NCBI GenBank assembly: GCA_965140585.1
Contig: OZ223264.1
Location: 768,001-832,000, forward strand
Direction of reading: 5' to 3'
Source of the DNA: Spirochaetia bacterium
GTDB lineage: Bacteria; Spirochaetota; Spirochaetia; UBA9216
DNA length: 64,000 nt
A program made the translations under genes and the position numbers. Of this stretch, positions 1 through 9,357 are shown one piece after another. The number at the start of each line of letters is the position of its first letter. Position 1 is the first letter of the stretch. The notes beneath the pieces were generated by a model. The model was given only the letters and a program-made list of their open reading frames with translations, ran no database searches and was not told the origin of the DNA.

Positions 1-1
1 G

Positions 2-562
2 ATTTCACTTTCAGGCGATGTAAACAACAGGGGATTGTATGAAGTCCCCTTCGGTACAAAGATTTCCGATATCATCCATGAATACGGCGGAGGGCCCAAG
101 TCCGGCAGAACCGTAAAGGCAGTTAATATAGGAGGAGCTTCCGGCATTCTTGTTCCGCCTGATAAGCTTGATATTCCTCTTGAATACGGAACCTGTGCAG
201 AAGAAGAAATTACTATCGGTTCGGGGGCTGTATTTGTCCTTGATGATACGAGATCTATTCTGGAAAATGTAAACAACAGGGTCCGCTTCTTCCTTCATGA
301 AAGCTGCGGTAAATGCACGCCATGCAGGGAGGGCTTAAGACAGGCTGATATCATCCTTGAGAGACTCGAGCGCGGGGAAGCTCTTGTTGAAGACATTGAT
401 AAACTGGAACGTTATACCCGTGCAATGCAGGAGGCTTCATTCTGCGGTCTCGGACAGGCCGCTGGAAACAGTCTCAAATCTTCACTGGAATATTACAGAC
501 AGGAATATCTTGATGCGGCTACAGATTATGTATCTGAAGAAGAGAGAAGGGTGACTGCATAA
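2..562 (+). CDS. hydB: NADH-binding hydrogenase subunit (HydB/NuoF family), C-terminal part; 5' end lies outside the window
   Basis: Frame open from base 2 (ISLSGDVNNRGLYEVP). SLBB region GGASG; [4Fe-4S] motif ESCGKCTPCREG...SFCGLG. Stop overlaps the hydA start. Confidence 0.88.
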   Translation: MSLSGDVNNRGLYEVPFGTKISDIIHEYGGGPKSGRTVKAVNIGGASGILVPPDKLDIPLEYGTCAEEEITIGSGAVFVLDDTRSILENVNNRVRFFLHESCGKCTPCREGLRQADIILERLERGEALVEDIDKLERYTRAMQEASFCGLGQAAGNSLKSSLEYYRQEYLDAATDYVSEEERRVTA

Positions 563-2289
563 TGAAAAAGCTGGAAATTAAATTAAACGGAACCAGGGTT
601 TCAGTCCCTGAAGGAATAACAGTAATGGAAGCGGCCAGGCAGAACGGAATTACCCTGCCAAGCCTATGTCATCATCCCGACCAGAAGGTTAAGGGAAACT
701 GCAGGGTTTGCGTTGTCGAAGTCGAAGGGCGCAAAAATCTGGCGGCATCCTGTTCAACCCCGGTTGAGGAAGGAATGAGTATCACAACCAACTCTCCCCG
801 TGTGAGAGAAACGGTTAAGACTGTAGTAGAGCTTATACTTGCCGATCACCCGCAGGAATGTCCCACATGTGTGCGAAACGGCAACTGCGAACTCAGGCAG
901 CTGACTGACCGGCTCGGTATTACCAATATCCAGGCCGAGAAGAGTGAAAAACTTCTGCCTGTCGATCTTTCAACTACTTCACTTGTTCGCGATATGAATA
1001 AGTGCATTAAATGCGGAAGATGCGCTGAAGTCTGTCATCATGTTCAGGAAGTAGGAGTACTCTACAGCCACAACAGAAGTACAGACATCTGTGTTTCTCC
1101 GGAATACGGAAAGCAGTTATCCGAGGTTTCCTGTGTCCTCTGCGGTCAGTGCGTCCTTGCCTGCCCGGTAGGCGCAATCTTTGAAAAAGATGAAACTCAG
1201 AAGGTCTGGGATGCTATCGACGATCCGGACCTCCACGTAGTAGTCCAGACCGCTCCTTCTATCAGAGTTTCCATCGCAGAGGAGTTCGGACTTCCGGCTG
1301 GTTCCATCAGTACCGGTAAACTTGTCGGAGCCCTCAGGAGCCTCGGTTTTAATAAGGTCTTTGATACGGATTTTTCGGCGGATCTTACAATAATGGAAGA
1401 GGGGCATGAACTGCTTCACCGTATAACAAACGGCGGGGTTCTGCCGATGCTCACATCCTGCAGCCCGGGGTGGATTAATTTTATTGAAATGAACTACCCC
1501 GAACTGCTGCCCCATGTATCCTCGTGCAAATCTCCCCAGCAGATGTTCGGAGCTATTGCGAAGACTTATTATGCCGAGAAAGTCGGTATCCCGCCGGAAA
1601 AGATATTCGTGGTTTCAATCATGCCCTGTACCGCCAAAAAGTATGAGGCCCAGAGACCCGAGATGAACGACAGCGGCCAGCGGGATGTTGATGTTGCCCT
1701 TACCACAAGGGAACTCGGCAGGATGCTCCGCTCGCAGGGCATTGATTTTGATTCAATTCCACTTAGTGAGTATGATTCTCCGCTTGGCATGTCAACCGGA
1801 GCCGCCGCTATATTCGGTGCAACCGGAGGCGTAATGGAAGCCGCCCTCCGGACAGTTTATGAAGTAGTAACAGAGAAGAAGCTTGATAAGCTTGAGTTTG
1901 ATGTTGTCCGCGGAATGGAAGGCGTCAAGGAGGCTTCGGTAGATCTCAACGGTCAGAAGGTAAACGTTGCAGTAGCTCACGGACTTTCCCATGCCAGAAA
2001 GATTATGGAATCTATAAAAGCCGGAGATTCCGATTACTCTTTTATTGAAGTAATGTGCTGTCCAGGCGGATGTATCGGCGGCGGCGGTCAGCCTTATGGA
2101 ACCACCAATGCAAAAAGAGAAGAGAGAATAAAGGCTCTGTACCGTGTAGACGGACAGATGGCATTACGTAAATCACATGAAAATCCGGATATCCATAAAC
2201 TGTATTCGGAATATCTTATAAAGCCCCTGGGCGAAAAATCCCACCATTTGCTTCACACAAGCTACACAGACAGAAAACCATTGAACTGA
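562..2289 (+). CDS. hydA: [FeFe] hydrogenase catalytic subunit, group A
   Basis: N-terminal 2Fe-2S motif, His-ligated cluster HPQECPTC, two ferredoxin motifs; H-cluster motifs TSCSPGW, MPCTAKKYE, EVMCCPGGCIGGGGQP; C-terminal SHENP...HHLLHT. Confidence 0.95.
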   Translation: MKKLEIKLNGTRVSVPEGITVMEAARQNGITLPSLCHHPDQKVKGNCRVCVVEVEGRKNLAASCSTPVEEGMSITTNSPRVRETVKTVVELILADHPQECPTCVRNGNCELRQLTDRLGITNIQAEKSEKLLPVDLSTTSLVRDMNKCIKCGRCAEVCHHVQEVGVLYSHNRSTDICVSPEYGKQLSEVSCVLCGQCVLACPVGAIFEKDETQKVWDAIDDPDLHVVVQTAPSIRVSIAEEFGLPAGSISTGKLVGALRSLGFNKVFDTDFSADLTIMEEGHELLHRITNGGVLPMLTSCSPGWINFIEMNYPELLPHVSSCKSPQQMFGAIAKTYYAEKVGIPPEKIFVVSIMPCTAKKYEAQRPEMNDSGQRDVDVALTTRELGRMLRSQGIDFDSIPLSEYDSPLGMSTGAAAIFGATGGVMEAALRTVYEVVTEKKLDKLEFDVVRGMEGVKEASVDLNGQKVNVAVAHGLSHARKIMESIKAGDSDYSFIEVMCCPGGCIGGGGQPYGTTNAKREERIKALYRVDGQMALRKSHENPDIHKLYSEYLIKPLGEKSHHLLHTSYTDRKPLN

Positions 2290-2296
2290 GTTTTCG

Positions 2297-2324
2297 GCCG
2301 GCCCGTCCCACGGGCCGGCTTTTT
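2297..2324 (+). terminator. Rho-independent terminator after hydA
   Basis: GCCGGCCCGT-ccc-ACGGGCCGGC 10-bp stem followed by TTTTT. Confidence 0.85.
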
Positions 2325-2417
2325 CATAAATAAGTCCATATGGACTCTTTTGCCGTCAAGAACTCTCCTGAATAGCCTACAATCTGAGTATCAAAAAACT
2401 TTCAGGAGAAAAACTAA

Positions 2418-4001
2418 ATGAAAAATAGAATATCAGTTTTACTGCTGCTTTCGGCTTTTGCTGCGGCATTGTTTATGTTCTCATGCGACCCTGATCCGGA
2501 AGTCAGCCCGGAGGGCGAGAATCCGGAGGACATCACAGTATCGGTAACAGGCATTAGTCTGGATTATTCCGAGGTCGCCCTGTTCAGCGATGGAGAACAT
2601 CAGCTTACTGCAGCTATAGAACCGGCTGATGCTGAGAATACTAATATTACCTGGAGCAGCAGCGATACTTCCATTGTTACTGTTTCGACAGCCGGTCTTG
2701 TTACAGCTGCCGGCGGTGTCGGCAGTGCCGTTGTAACTGCCACTTCGGAGGATGGAAGTTTCACTGCCGAATGTGATTTCTTTGTTCATCAGTTCAAAAT
2801 TGCAGAAGATGCGGATATTGATCACTATTTTGGTATTGCAGTAGCTATTGACGGTGATTACGCACTTGTCGGATCCTCAGGTGATGATGTGAACGGCAGC
2901 AGATCGGGTTCTGTCTATGTATATTCCCGAAATCAAGGTGAAGAAAACACCTGGGGTTTTGTAAAAAAGATTACACCTGAAGACCCGGCAGCAGGTGAAC
3001 AGTTCGGATGTTCTATAGCTCTCGATGGAGATTATGCGGTTATAGGAGCTAAATACAGCCATGAAACTGAGGATTATGCCGGCTCTGCTTATGTCTTCAA
3101 CCGAAATAAGGGCGGTGATGATAATTGGGGGCAGGTTGCCAAAATGGTTTCCCCCAATCCGACATTACGTGGTTATTTTGGCATTTGTGTCGATATTTCC
3201 GGGGACTATGTCGTTGTTGGTGCCGGTTTTGAAGATGTTGATGGAACGGATTCCGGCTCAGCCTATCTCTTTTACAAGAATCAGGATGGATATGTCGACG
3301 GCTGGAAGTATAATAAAACACTTGTGAGTGATGATCCCTCAGCCTCCGATCTTTTTGGAGTATCAGTTGCTATTGACGGTGATTATATAGCTGTCGGAGC
3401 CTCAAGAGGAGACCTTGCCACTACTACTTCAAATGAAGGATCTGCCTATGTATATTTCAGAAATCAGGGAGCCGTTGCAGACAGCTGGGCATTGGCGAAA
3501 AAGATCGGTGCCGATGACGGAGAGCTTAATGATAGATTTTCAACTGTATCCCTTTCCGGTGATGACCTGCTTGTAGGTGCTACTTCGGATGATGATGGCG
3601 GAGACGGCGCCGGAGCTGCATATATATTCAGTCGAAACTACGGCGGCGATGACAGCTGGGGGCAGGTTACAAAGATTGCTGCCGGGGACGCAGCCGCTGA
3701 TGCCAATTTTGGCTGGCCCTGTATACTATCCGGAGATTATGCAGTTATTGGAGCTCCTTATGCAACTGTTAATGGAGAGCAATGGGCCGGAGAAGCGTAT
3801 GTGTATTACCGTAATGAGGGCGGAACAGACAAATGGGGTCATATAGATACGTTAATAGAAATAACTCCGGCAGAGAGCAATCAGTTCGGCTGCAGCATGG
3901 GGATATCTGGTGGTCTGGCTATTGTAGGGGGACAATACGGAGATGCCGGCTCATATCCACTTGATGATTATGGTTCGGTTTACCTGTTCAGTATTTACTG
4001 A
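2418..4001 (+). CDS. Lipoprotein with a bacterial Ig-like (Big_2) domain and an FG-GAP beta-propeller
   Basis: Signal peptide ending FMFSC; Big_2-like VTGISLD...ITWSSSDTSIVTVS...VTATSEDG; about 7 repeats of FGxxVxIxGDYxxVGA...GSAYVY. Confidence 0.85.
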   Translation: MKNRISVLLLLSAFAAALFMFSCDPDPEVSPEGENPEDITVSVTGISLDYSEVALFSDGEHQLTAAIEPADAENTNITWSSSDTSIVTVSTAGLVTAAGGVGSAVVTATSEDGSFTAECDFFVHQFKIAEDADIDHYFGIAVAIDGDYALVGSSGDDVNGSRSGSVYVYSRNQGEENTWGFVKKITPEDPAAGEQFGCSIALDGDYAVIGAKYSHETEDYAGSAYVFNRNKGGDDNWGQVAKMVSPNPTLRGYFGICVDISGDYVVVGAGFEDVDGTDSGSAYLFYKNQDGYVDGWKYNKTLVSDDPSASDLFGVSVAIDGDYIAVGASRGDLATTTSNEGSAYVYFRNQGAVADSWALAKKIGADDGELNDRFSTVSLSGDDLLVGATSDDDGGDGAGAAYIFSRNYGGDDSWGQVTKIAAGDAAADANFGWPCILSGDYAVIGAPYATVNGEQWAGEAYVYYRNEGGTDKWGHIDTLIEITPAESNQFGCSMGISGGLAIVGGQYGDAGSYPLDDYGSVYLFSIY

Positions 4002-4041
4002 TGCGCCAGGACTGACCGCTTCGATAATTGAGGCGGTCAGT

Positions 4042-4929
4042 CTAATTATCTATGCTGGCCAGGTGTTCAATAAAATTAGTCAGTGCCGGGCTGTGGTTGT
4101 CTTTCAGCCATACAGCATAGATTTCCACAAAGGCGTCTTCACTGTCATAATCAATAAAAACAATTTCACTCTGATCTGTCTGCTTGAATGAGCGTGGCAT
4201 GGGAGAAATTGCAACACCTGAGGCCACCATAGCCATGCAGCTTTCAAAGTTTTTCATCAGAGATCCCTCGTACAGATCTATGCCTCCCTTGATAAGACGC
4301 TGATGTATTTTCTCAATACTTTTTTTCCCGATAGCAGTGTCTACCATTACCAGAGGTTCATTTCTTATATCTTTGGAGCTGAGCATTGATCTGCCGGCAA
4401 GCGGATGTGAGCGGTGCAGGGCAAAGCAGACATAATCCCTCATCAGGAACGCTTTTTCAATCTGTTTATTATCATCAAGTTCAGCACCTTCTATAAAAGC
4501 GGCATCTATTTCCTTGGTTATCAGTTTGCTTATAATTTCACCCCAGTTTTCCATCATCAGTGATAACCTTATCTGCGGATGTGCAGGTCTGTATGTCTGC
4601 AGGATGGTATTGAGAAATTTCCAGTTGAAAGGGCCATGGTAGCCGATGTTGAGATTGTTCTTACGTTGACCATCTATTTTTCGTACTTCATTTGTTACTG
4701 CTTCGTAATTCTCCAGCAGTCTGGTGAATTCTTTCTGAAGGTACTCACCTGCAGTTGTAAGCAAAACCTTTCTGTTGTTTCTTATAAAAAGCTTGACGCC
4801 AAGTTCTTCCTCAAGATTCTGTATCTGCTGGCTCATTGAAGACTGCGCCAGGCACTGCTTCTCTGCTGCTTTAGAAAAATGAAGTTCCTCGGCCAGGCTT
4901 AGAAAGCATCTCATTCTGTGTGTATCCAC
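4042..4929 (-). CDS. LysR-family transcriptional regulator
   Basis: HTH FSKAAEKQCLAQSSMSQQIQNLEEELGVKLFIR...LTTAG; 295 aa; divergent from the flavoprotein gene. Confidence 0.93.
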   Translation of the reverse strand: MDTHRMRCFLSLAEELHFSKAAEKQCLAQSSMSQQIQNLEEELGVKLFIRNNRKVLLTTAGEYLQKEFTRLLENYEAVTNEVRKIDGQRKNNLNIGYHGPFNWKFLNTILQTYRPAHPQIRLSLMMENWGEIISKLITKEIDAAFIEGAELDDNKQIEKAFLMRDYVCFALHRSHPLAGRSMLSSKDIRNEPLVMVDTAIGKKSIEKIHQRLIKGGIDLYEGSLMKNFESCMAMVASGVAISPMPRSFKQTDQSEIVFIDYDSEDAFVEIYAVWLKDNHSPALTNFIEHLASIDN

Positions 4930-4987
4930 GATTCTTGCTCCTTCAGGGACACTAAAATAGTTCGAGATTAAAATAAGGTCAACTCAG

Positions 4988-5006
4988 TAATCGGTTAAAC
5001 CGATTA
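4988..5006. promoter_or_regulatory. Probable LysR recognition site
   Basis: Palindrome TAATCGGTT-A-AACCGATTA containing T-N11-A (4991-5003), between the divergent genes. Confidence 0.75.
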
Positions 5007-5102
5007 TTCAAACGGTTTAATTAATTTTACGGATAAGAATTTATCGGTTATAAAGGATATAGATTATTATTTATCTAATATAGATATGGAGGAAAACTAA
5101 TT

Positions 5103-6641
5103 ATGAAAAGGCTTCTAAAGGCAGCTGCTGTTATGGCTGTGATTCTTACAGGAGTAGTTGTTATTGTGTCATGCTCTACAACCGAAAAAACAGCAAAGCT
5201 TGGTACACCTGATCTGAAAGCCGATGTGGTTGTTGTCGGCGCAGGCGGGGCCGGGCTGTCCTCAGCTACACAGGCGGCAATGCTCGGACTTGATGTAATT
5301 CTGCTTGAGAAAAACGGATTTGTAGGCGGAACTACTTTGATGGCGGAAGGAATATTCGCCGTGGATTCACAGATGCAGAAAGATGCAGGTATTGAAATTG
5401 ATAAAATTGACCTGTTCCGCAGAGTACAGCAGTATAATCACTGGCTTTCAAACAGCAAGGTGCTTCACCGGTTTTTTGATGAATCTGCAGATTCAATTGA
5501 ATGGCTGCAAGATCTGGGTGTTAAATTCCAGGCTGTAATCAGCATGGGTGATTCAGTCAAAACCTGGCATATCTTTGACGGGCTTGGTGAAGGATATATC
5601 CATTCCATGAACGAAGCCGCAAAAAAGGCTGGTGTTAAAATTATGCTCGAAACTCCCGGCAAAGACCTCGTTGTTGAGGATGGAGTAATCAAAGGCGTTA
5701 TTGCTGAAACCAGGGACGGGGAAAAAGTCAGTATCGAGGCTCCCGTTGTAATTCTTGCCACCGGAGGTTACTCGGATAACCCGGATATGATGGAAAAGTA
5801 TGTCGGCGTACCTCCTGAAAGTACCATGCAGATGGGAATCCCTGGAAGAACCGGAGACGGTATCAAAATGGGAATAAGCGCTGGTGCTGAGACCTTTCAT
5901 CTTGGAACAGCAATGTTCTATGGTGGAAATCTTCGAGGAATACCTTTTGGTAACCACCTTTTTGCAGCCTCATCATTCCAGCCCACAATGGTATGTATCA
6001 ATCAGGATGGTGAAAGATTTGCCGACGAGAGCATTGCCGGTCAGAACTTCTCTTTCTACGGAAATGCAATGAGCAATCAGAAGAAGGTTTTCAGCATCAT
6101 AGACAAAGCCAGCCTTGATTACTGGGTAGAGGAAGGCTGCATTGCAGGTGCTGGTGCCTATACACTTCCGGGCGCAAAACTTACAGATCTCTACGGGTTG
6201 ATTGACGACCAGCTTGAACTGGGGAATAAGGGAATACAGATTGCGTCTACACTGGAAGAATTATCTGCACAGATAGGTGTTGATGCTTCAGCCCTGAATG
6301 AAACAATGGATGCTTATAACAGCTATTGTGAAAACGGAGCTGATGAAACATTCGGCAAACCTGCTGAATTTCTGAAACCGATGACATCAGGTCCGTGGTA
6401 TGCGTTTGAACTGGCAGTAGGATATTTTACAACTGTCGGAGGGCTGAAGGTCAATGAAAATGCCCAGGTTATCAGTACAGAAGGGGAGGTAATTCCAGGG
6501 CTCTATGCTATCGGAACTGATTCAAATGCCATTTACGGTGATTCTTATGATGTTGTAATCAGCGCAGGTTCATGTCAGGGCTGGGCTGTTAATTCAGGAA
6601 GATTTGCGGCTCAGGACGCTGCGAAATTTCTTGGAAGATAA
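5103..6641 (+). CDS. Lipoprotein FAD-dependent oxidoreductase (flavocytochrome c / fumarate-reductase-like flavin subunit)
   Basis: Lipobox VIVSC; VVVGAGGAG; VILATGGY; GRTGDG; INQDGERFADE; TVGGLKVN; IPGLYAIG. Confidence 0.87.
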   Translation: MKRLLKAAAVMAVILTGVVVIVSCSTTEKTAKLGTPDLKADVVVVGAGGAGLSSATQAAMLGLDVILLEKNGFVGGTTLMAEGIFAVDSQMQKDAGIEIDKIDLFRRVQQYNHWLSNSKVLHRFFDESADSIEWLQDLGVKFQAVISMGDSVKTWHIFDGLGEGYIHSMNEAAKKAGVKIMLETPGKDLVVEDGVIKGVIAETRDGEKVSIEAPVVILATGGYSDNPDMMEKYVGVPPESTMQMGIPGRTGDGIKMGISAGAETFHLGTAMFYGGNLRGIPFGNHLFAASSFQPTMVCINQDGERFADESIAGQNFSFYGNAMSNQKKVFSIIDKASLDYWVEEGCIAGAGAYTLPGAKLTDLYGLIDDQLELGNKGIQIASTLEELSAQIGVDASALNETMDAYNSYCENGADETFGKPAEFLKPMTSGPWYAFELAVGYFTTVGGLKVNENAQVISTEGEVIPGLYAIGTDSNAIYGDSYDVVISAGSCQGWAVNSGRFAAQDAAKFLGR

Positions 6642-6668
6642 ATAATTTTTAAAAAAATATACTCCTTT

Positions 6669-6701
6669 ACGGGCCTCTTAAAAGTAAAGAGGTCCGTTTT
6701 A
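6669..6701. terminator. Probable bidirectional terminator between convergent genes
   Basis: ACGGGCCTCTT...AAGAGGTCCGT stem followed by T-rich sequence. Confidence 0.6.
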
Positions 6702-6720
6702 TTTGCTGATCATTAACTGC

Positions 6721-7899
6721 TTATTTGTCAGTTGGTGTTTTGAATCTGTAGAATATCGTTATTATCAGGCCAATCAGCGGAAATACGGCAAAGAAGGCAA
6801 ACATAAATCTGAATCCGGACATCGCCACTATGTAGCCGGCAATTGCCGACCCCAGGCCAATCCCGGTATCAGCTCCAAGCATTATTGTACTGCCGGCCGC
6901 ACCCCGTTTCGCAGCAGGTGTGTTTTTCATACCAAGGCCCTGGGCCAGCGGCTGAATGATACCTATTCCAAATCCGAACCCGGCAGCGGCCACAATAAAC
7001 AGTCCTATAGTTGAAATTCTGCTTATAAAAACACAGGCAAGTATCAGAATTGTGAATCCTGATATGATTACCCGCTTTTCGCTAATCAGCCCGGCTAACT
7101 TTCCGGCCAGCAGCCTTACCGCAAAAAGGGCGCAGGCATATATGCTGAAGAATATCCCTATATTTGCTATTTCAAGCTCTCTGGCAAAGAGGGGCAGAAA
7201 TCCCACAAGTGAACTATAGACCAGAGCCGTGAAGAAGTAGAAAAGGGCCGGTATGAATGCTTCCTTAGCTGCCAGTGAGCTTAAAAACTTTTTTACCGAT
7301 GTGAACTTCTCCCTGTTATCAGCCGGTTTATGCATAAGACTTTCATCGATAAATTGTGAAACCATGATAGCGGCAGCAGAAAGAACTACGGCTAAATAAA
7401 ATACCGGTTTGAACCCTGCAAGTCCAAGCAGCCATAAAGCAACAGCCGGACCTATAGCCATCGAAAGTATCTGCCCCAGCCCGAATACTCCTATTCCGCC
7501 TGCCATCTTTTCTTCCGGAATAATTTTACCGGCCATCGCTATGGTTGCGGTTGAAGCAAGGCCCCATCCTATACCATTGATGATCCTGACTGTCATCATA
7601 AAAGCGTAGGTCTCAGCATGAAGGTGGAGCAGTACCATGGTACCAAAGATTACCAGCCCGAGTGCCAGAGTAAGCTTATTGCTTACTGAATCAATCGCCA
7701 ATCCGGAAAAAGGCCGCATAATCATTGCGCTTATTGCCAGTATTCCGGCAAGGGTTCCGATTACTGAGACTTCAAAGCCTATATGGCTGAAATACAGCGT
7801 TACAATAGTATTTATCAGGGTAAAAGCAGCGGCCAGCAGAGTATTTGTAATGAATATAAGAATAAAATTTTTAGACCACAAACGATTCATAGAATACAT
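6721..7899 (-). CDS. MFS transporter
   Basis: About 12 hydrophobic segments; RPFSGLAIDSV loop; RIINGIGWG. Confidence 0.88.
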   Translation of the reverse strand: MYSMNRLWSKNFILIFITNTLLAAAFTLINTIVTLYFSHIGFEVSVIGTLAGILAISAMIMRPFSGLAIDSVSNKLTLALGLVIFGTMVLLHLHAETYAFMMTVRIINGIGWGLASTATIAMAGKIIPEEKMAGGIGVFGLGQILSMAIGPAVALWLLGLAGFKPVFYLAVVLSAAAIMVSQFIDESLMHKPADNREKFTSVKKFLSSLAAKEAFIPALFYFFTALVYSSLVGFLPLFARELEIANIGIFFSIYACALFAVRLLAGKLAGLISEKRVIISGFTILILACVFISRISTIGLFIVAAAGFGFGIGIIQPLAQGLGMKNTPAAKRGAAGSTIMLGADTGIGLGSAIAGYIVAMSGFRFMFAFFAVFPLIGLIITIFYRFKTPTDK

Positions 7900-7920
7900 T
7901 CAGTCTATCTTAATCGGAAA

Positions 7921-8256
7921 TTACTGTCCATCGGGAAAAAGAAACCCATAGGGTCTGGCTATCTTTTCTTCAAGTTCATCCATGCTTATATATCTGGCTT
8001 CTCTTACAACCTCTTTACCATCAGTATGGACTATCACTGCTGGAATTGTGAACACCATAAACCTTCCGGCTGCTTCCGGTAGTTGATCGAGGTTAATATA
8101 GCCGGATTTTATCCCAGGATATCTACTTAGCATTTCCTCAACCTTCGGCCTTATCGCCGTACATACACCGCAGTCCGGCCTGCTTAGATAGAGCAGAGTC
8201 ATTGTTTCATTTTTTATCAGGCCTTCTGCCGATTCAAGATTACTGATTGTTTCCAT
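7921..8256 (-). CDS. Thioredoxin-family protein
   Basis: CGVC motif, FTIP cis-Pro segment, 111 aa. Confidence 0.85.
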   Translation of the reverse strand: METISNLESAEGLIKNETMTLLYLSRPDCGVCTAIRPKVEEMLSRYPGIKSGYINLDQLPEAAGRFMVFTIPAVIVHTDGKEVVREARYISMDELEEKIARPYGFLFPDGQ

Positions 8257-8268
8257 TTTTTGAATATA

Positions 8269-8712
8269 CTAATCAGAGTAGCCGTTTGCAAACTCATATT
8301 TCATTATAAAGTGACCGGCATCGAATTCCAGCTTAGTCCATCTGGATATTCTGTATAACTCTGGCTTGTCAGTGTATACGTAAACTGACTCAAAACCTGA
8401 TTCCTGACATATCTGGAGCGCAGTCTGGATGAGTGTCTGAGCTATCTTTCTGCCCCTGTATTTCTCTTTCACGTACACAGTGTTAATCCAGAGGGTATCC
8501 CCCTTCTGCTCCGGATTTTTATAGTTAATAAATGATAAGCCGCCGGCGAGCAGATTGTTTTCATATGCCAGCAGAGGAGATGGAACCTTGCCAGAATGTT
8601 CTTCTGTCTGAACAGGTTGAGGGTTTTCGGATTCTCCCCACTCTTCTAAAGTCCACGTTTGAAATGCCTGGTAGTCTGAAGAATCTGTGTCTGCGGTTTT
8701 TATTTCAATCAT
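8269..8712 (-). CDS. GNAT N-acetyltransferase
   Basis: Motif A VYVKEKYRGRKIA. Confidence 0.82.
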   Translation of the reverse strand: MIEIKTADTDSSDYQAFQTWTLEEWGESENPQPVQTEEHSGKVPSPLLAYENNLLAGGLSFINYKNPEQKGDTLWINTVYVKEKYRGRKIAQTLIQTALQICQESGFESVYVYTDKPELYRISRWTKLEFDAGHFIMKYEFANGYSD

Positions 8713-9256
8713 CGAACTGTCTGCTTTCGTTTTCGGCCAGCTTTTTGAAGAAGTCCAGAGCCGCTCTGTGAGATATTATTCCGTATTCAAGAGTGTTAAC
8801 CTGATAGGCCGCAATGGTTTTTGACTCCTCATCAATACTCTCAATCATTCCTGAAACCCTGTCATGGTATTGCCCGAGTTCCTCATATGCGTTATTTATT
8901 GCTGTTATTATTGTATCAAGGATGGTTTTTCTTTTTGTTGGGGTTTCAATCAGACCGAGAAAGAAAAGTCTGGAAAGCACGGATACCTCCAGTTTTTTCA
9001 TTTCCGGGGCGCTTTCCATCCACTCAAAAAATGCGCTTCTTCCGGCTGCAGATACAGAATAGAACTTCTTCTTCCTGCCATTCTCGATTGTATCCGAGAC
9101 TTCAGCCCATAGATTCCGGGTTATCTTTTTAAGGGCTGACTGAATGCTACCATAGCTGGCGCTGTAGAAAAGAGAAATTCCCTGTTTGAATGAACTGTTA
9201 ATTTCATAGATGGTCATCGGTTTTAAGGATAAAAGCCCGAGAATTACGTACTCCAT
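8705..9256 (-). CDS. PadR-family transcriptional regulator
   Basis: ILGLLSLKPMTIYEI...ASYGSIQSAL...RKKKFYSVSAAG. Confidence 0.9.
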   Translation of the reverse strand: MEYVILGLLSLKPMTIYEINSSFKQGISLFYSASYGSIQSALKKITRNLWAEVSDTIENGRKKKFYSVSAAGRSAFFEWMESAPEMKKLEVSVLSRLFFLGLIETPTKRKTILDTIITAINNAYEELGQYHDRVSGMIESIDEESKTIAAYQVNTLEYGIISHRAALDFFKKLAENESRQFDD

Positions 9257-9347
9257 ATTACGAATAGTAATATAATTGCTGTTTTTAGTACAGTAAGGGC
9301 AGTAGTTCCTTGACTTTAGATTTATTAGATATTACTAATAGTAATAT
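9255..9347. promoter_or_regulatory. Two copies of a 19-bp palindromic operator, probably for PadR
   Basis: ATATTACGA-A-TAGTAATAT (9255-9273) and perfect ATATTACTA-A-TAGTAATAT (9329-9347). Confidence 0.75.
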
Positions 9348-9357
9348 AGGAGCTTTT

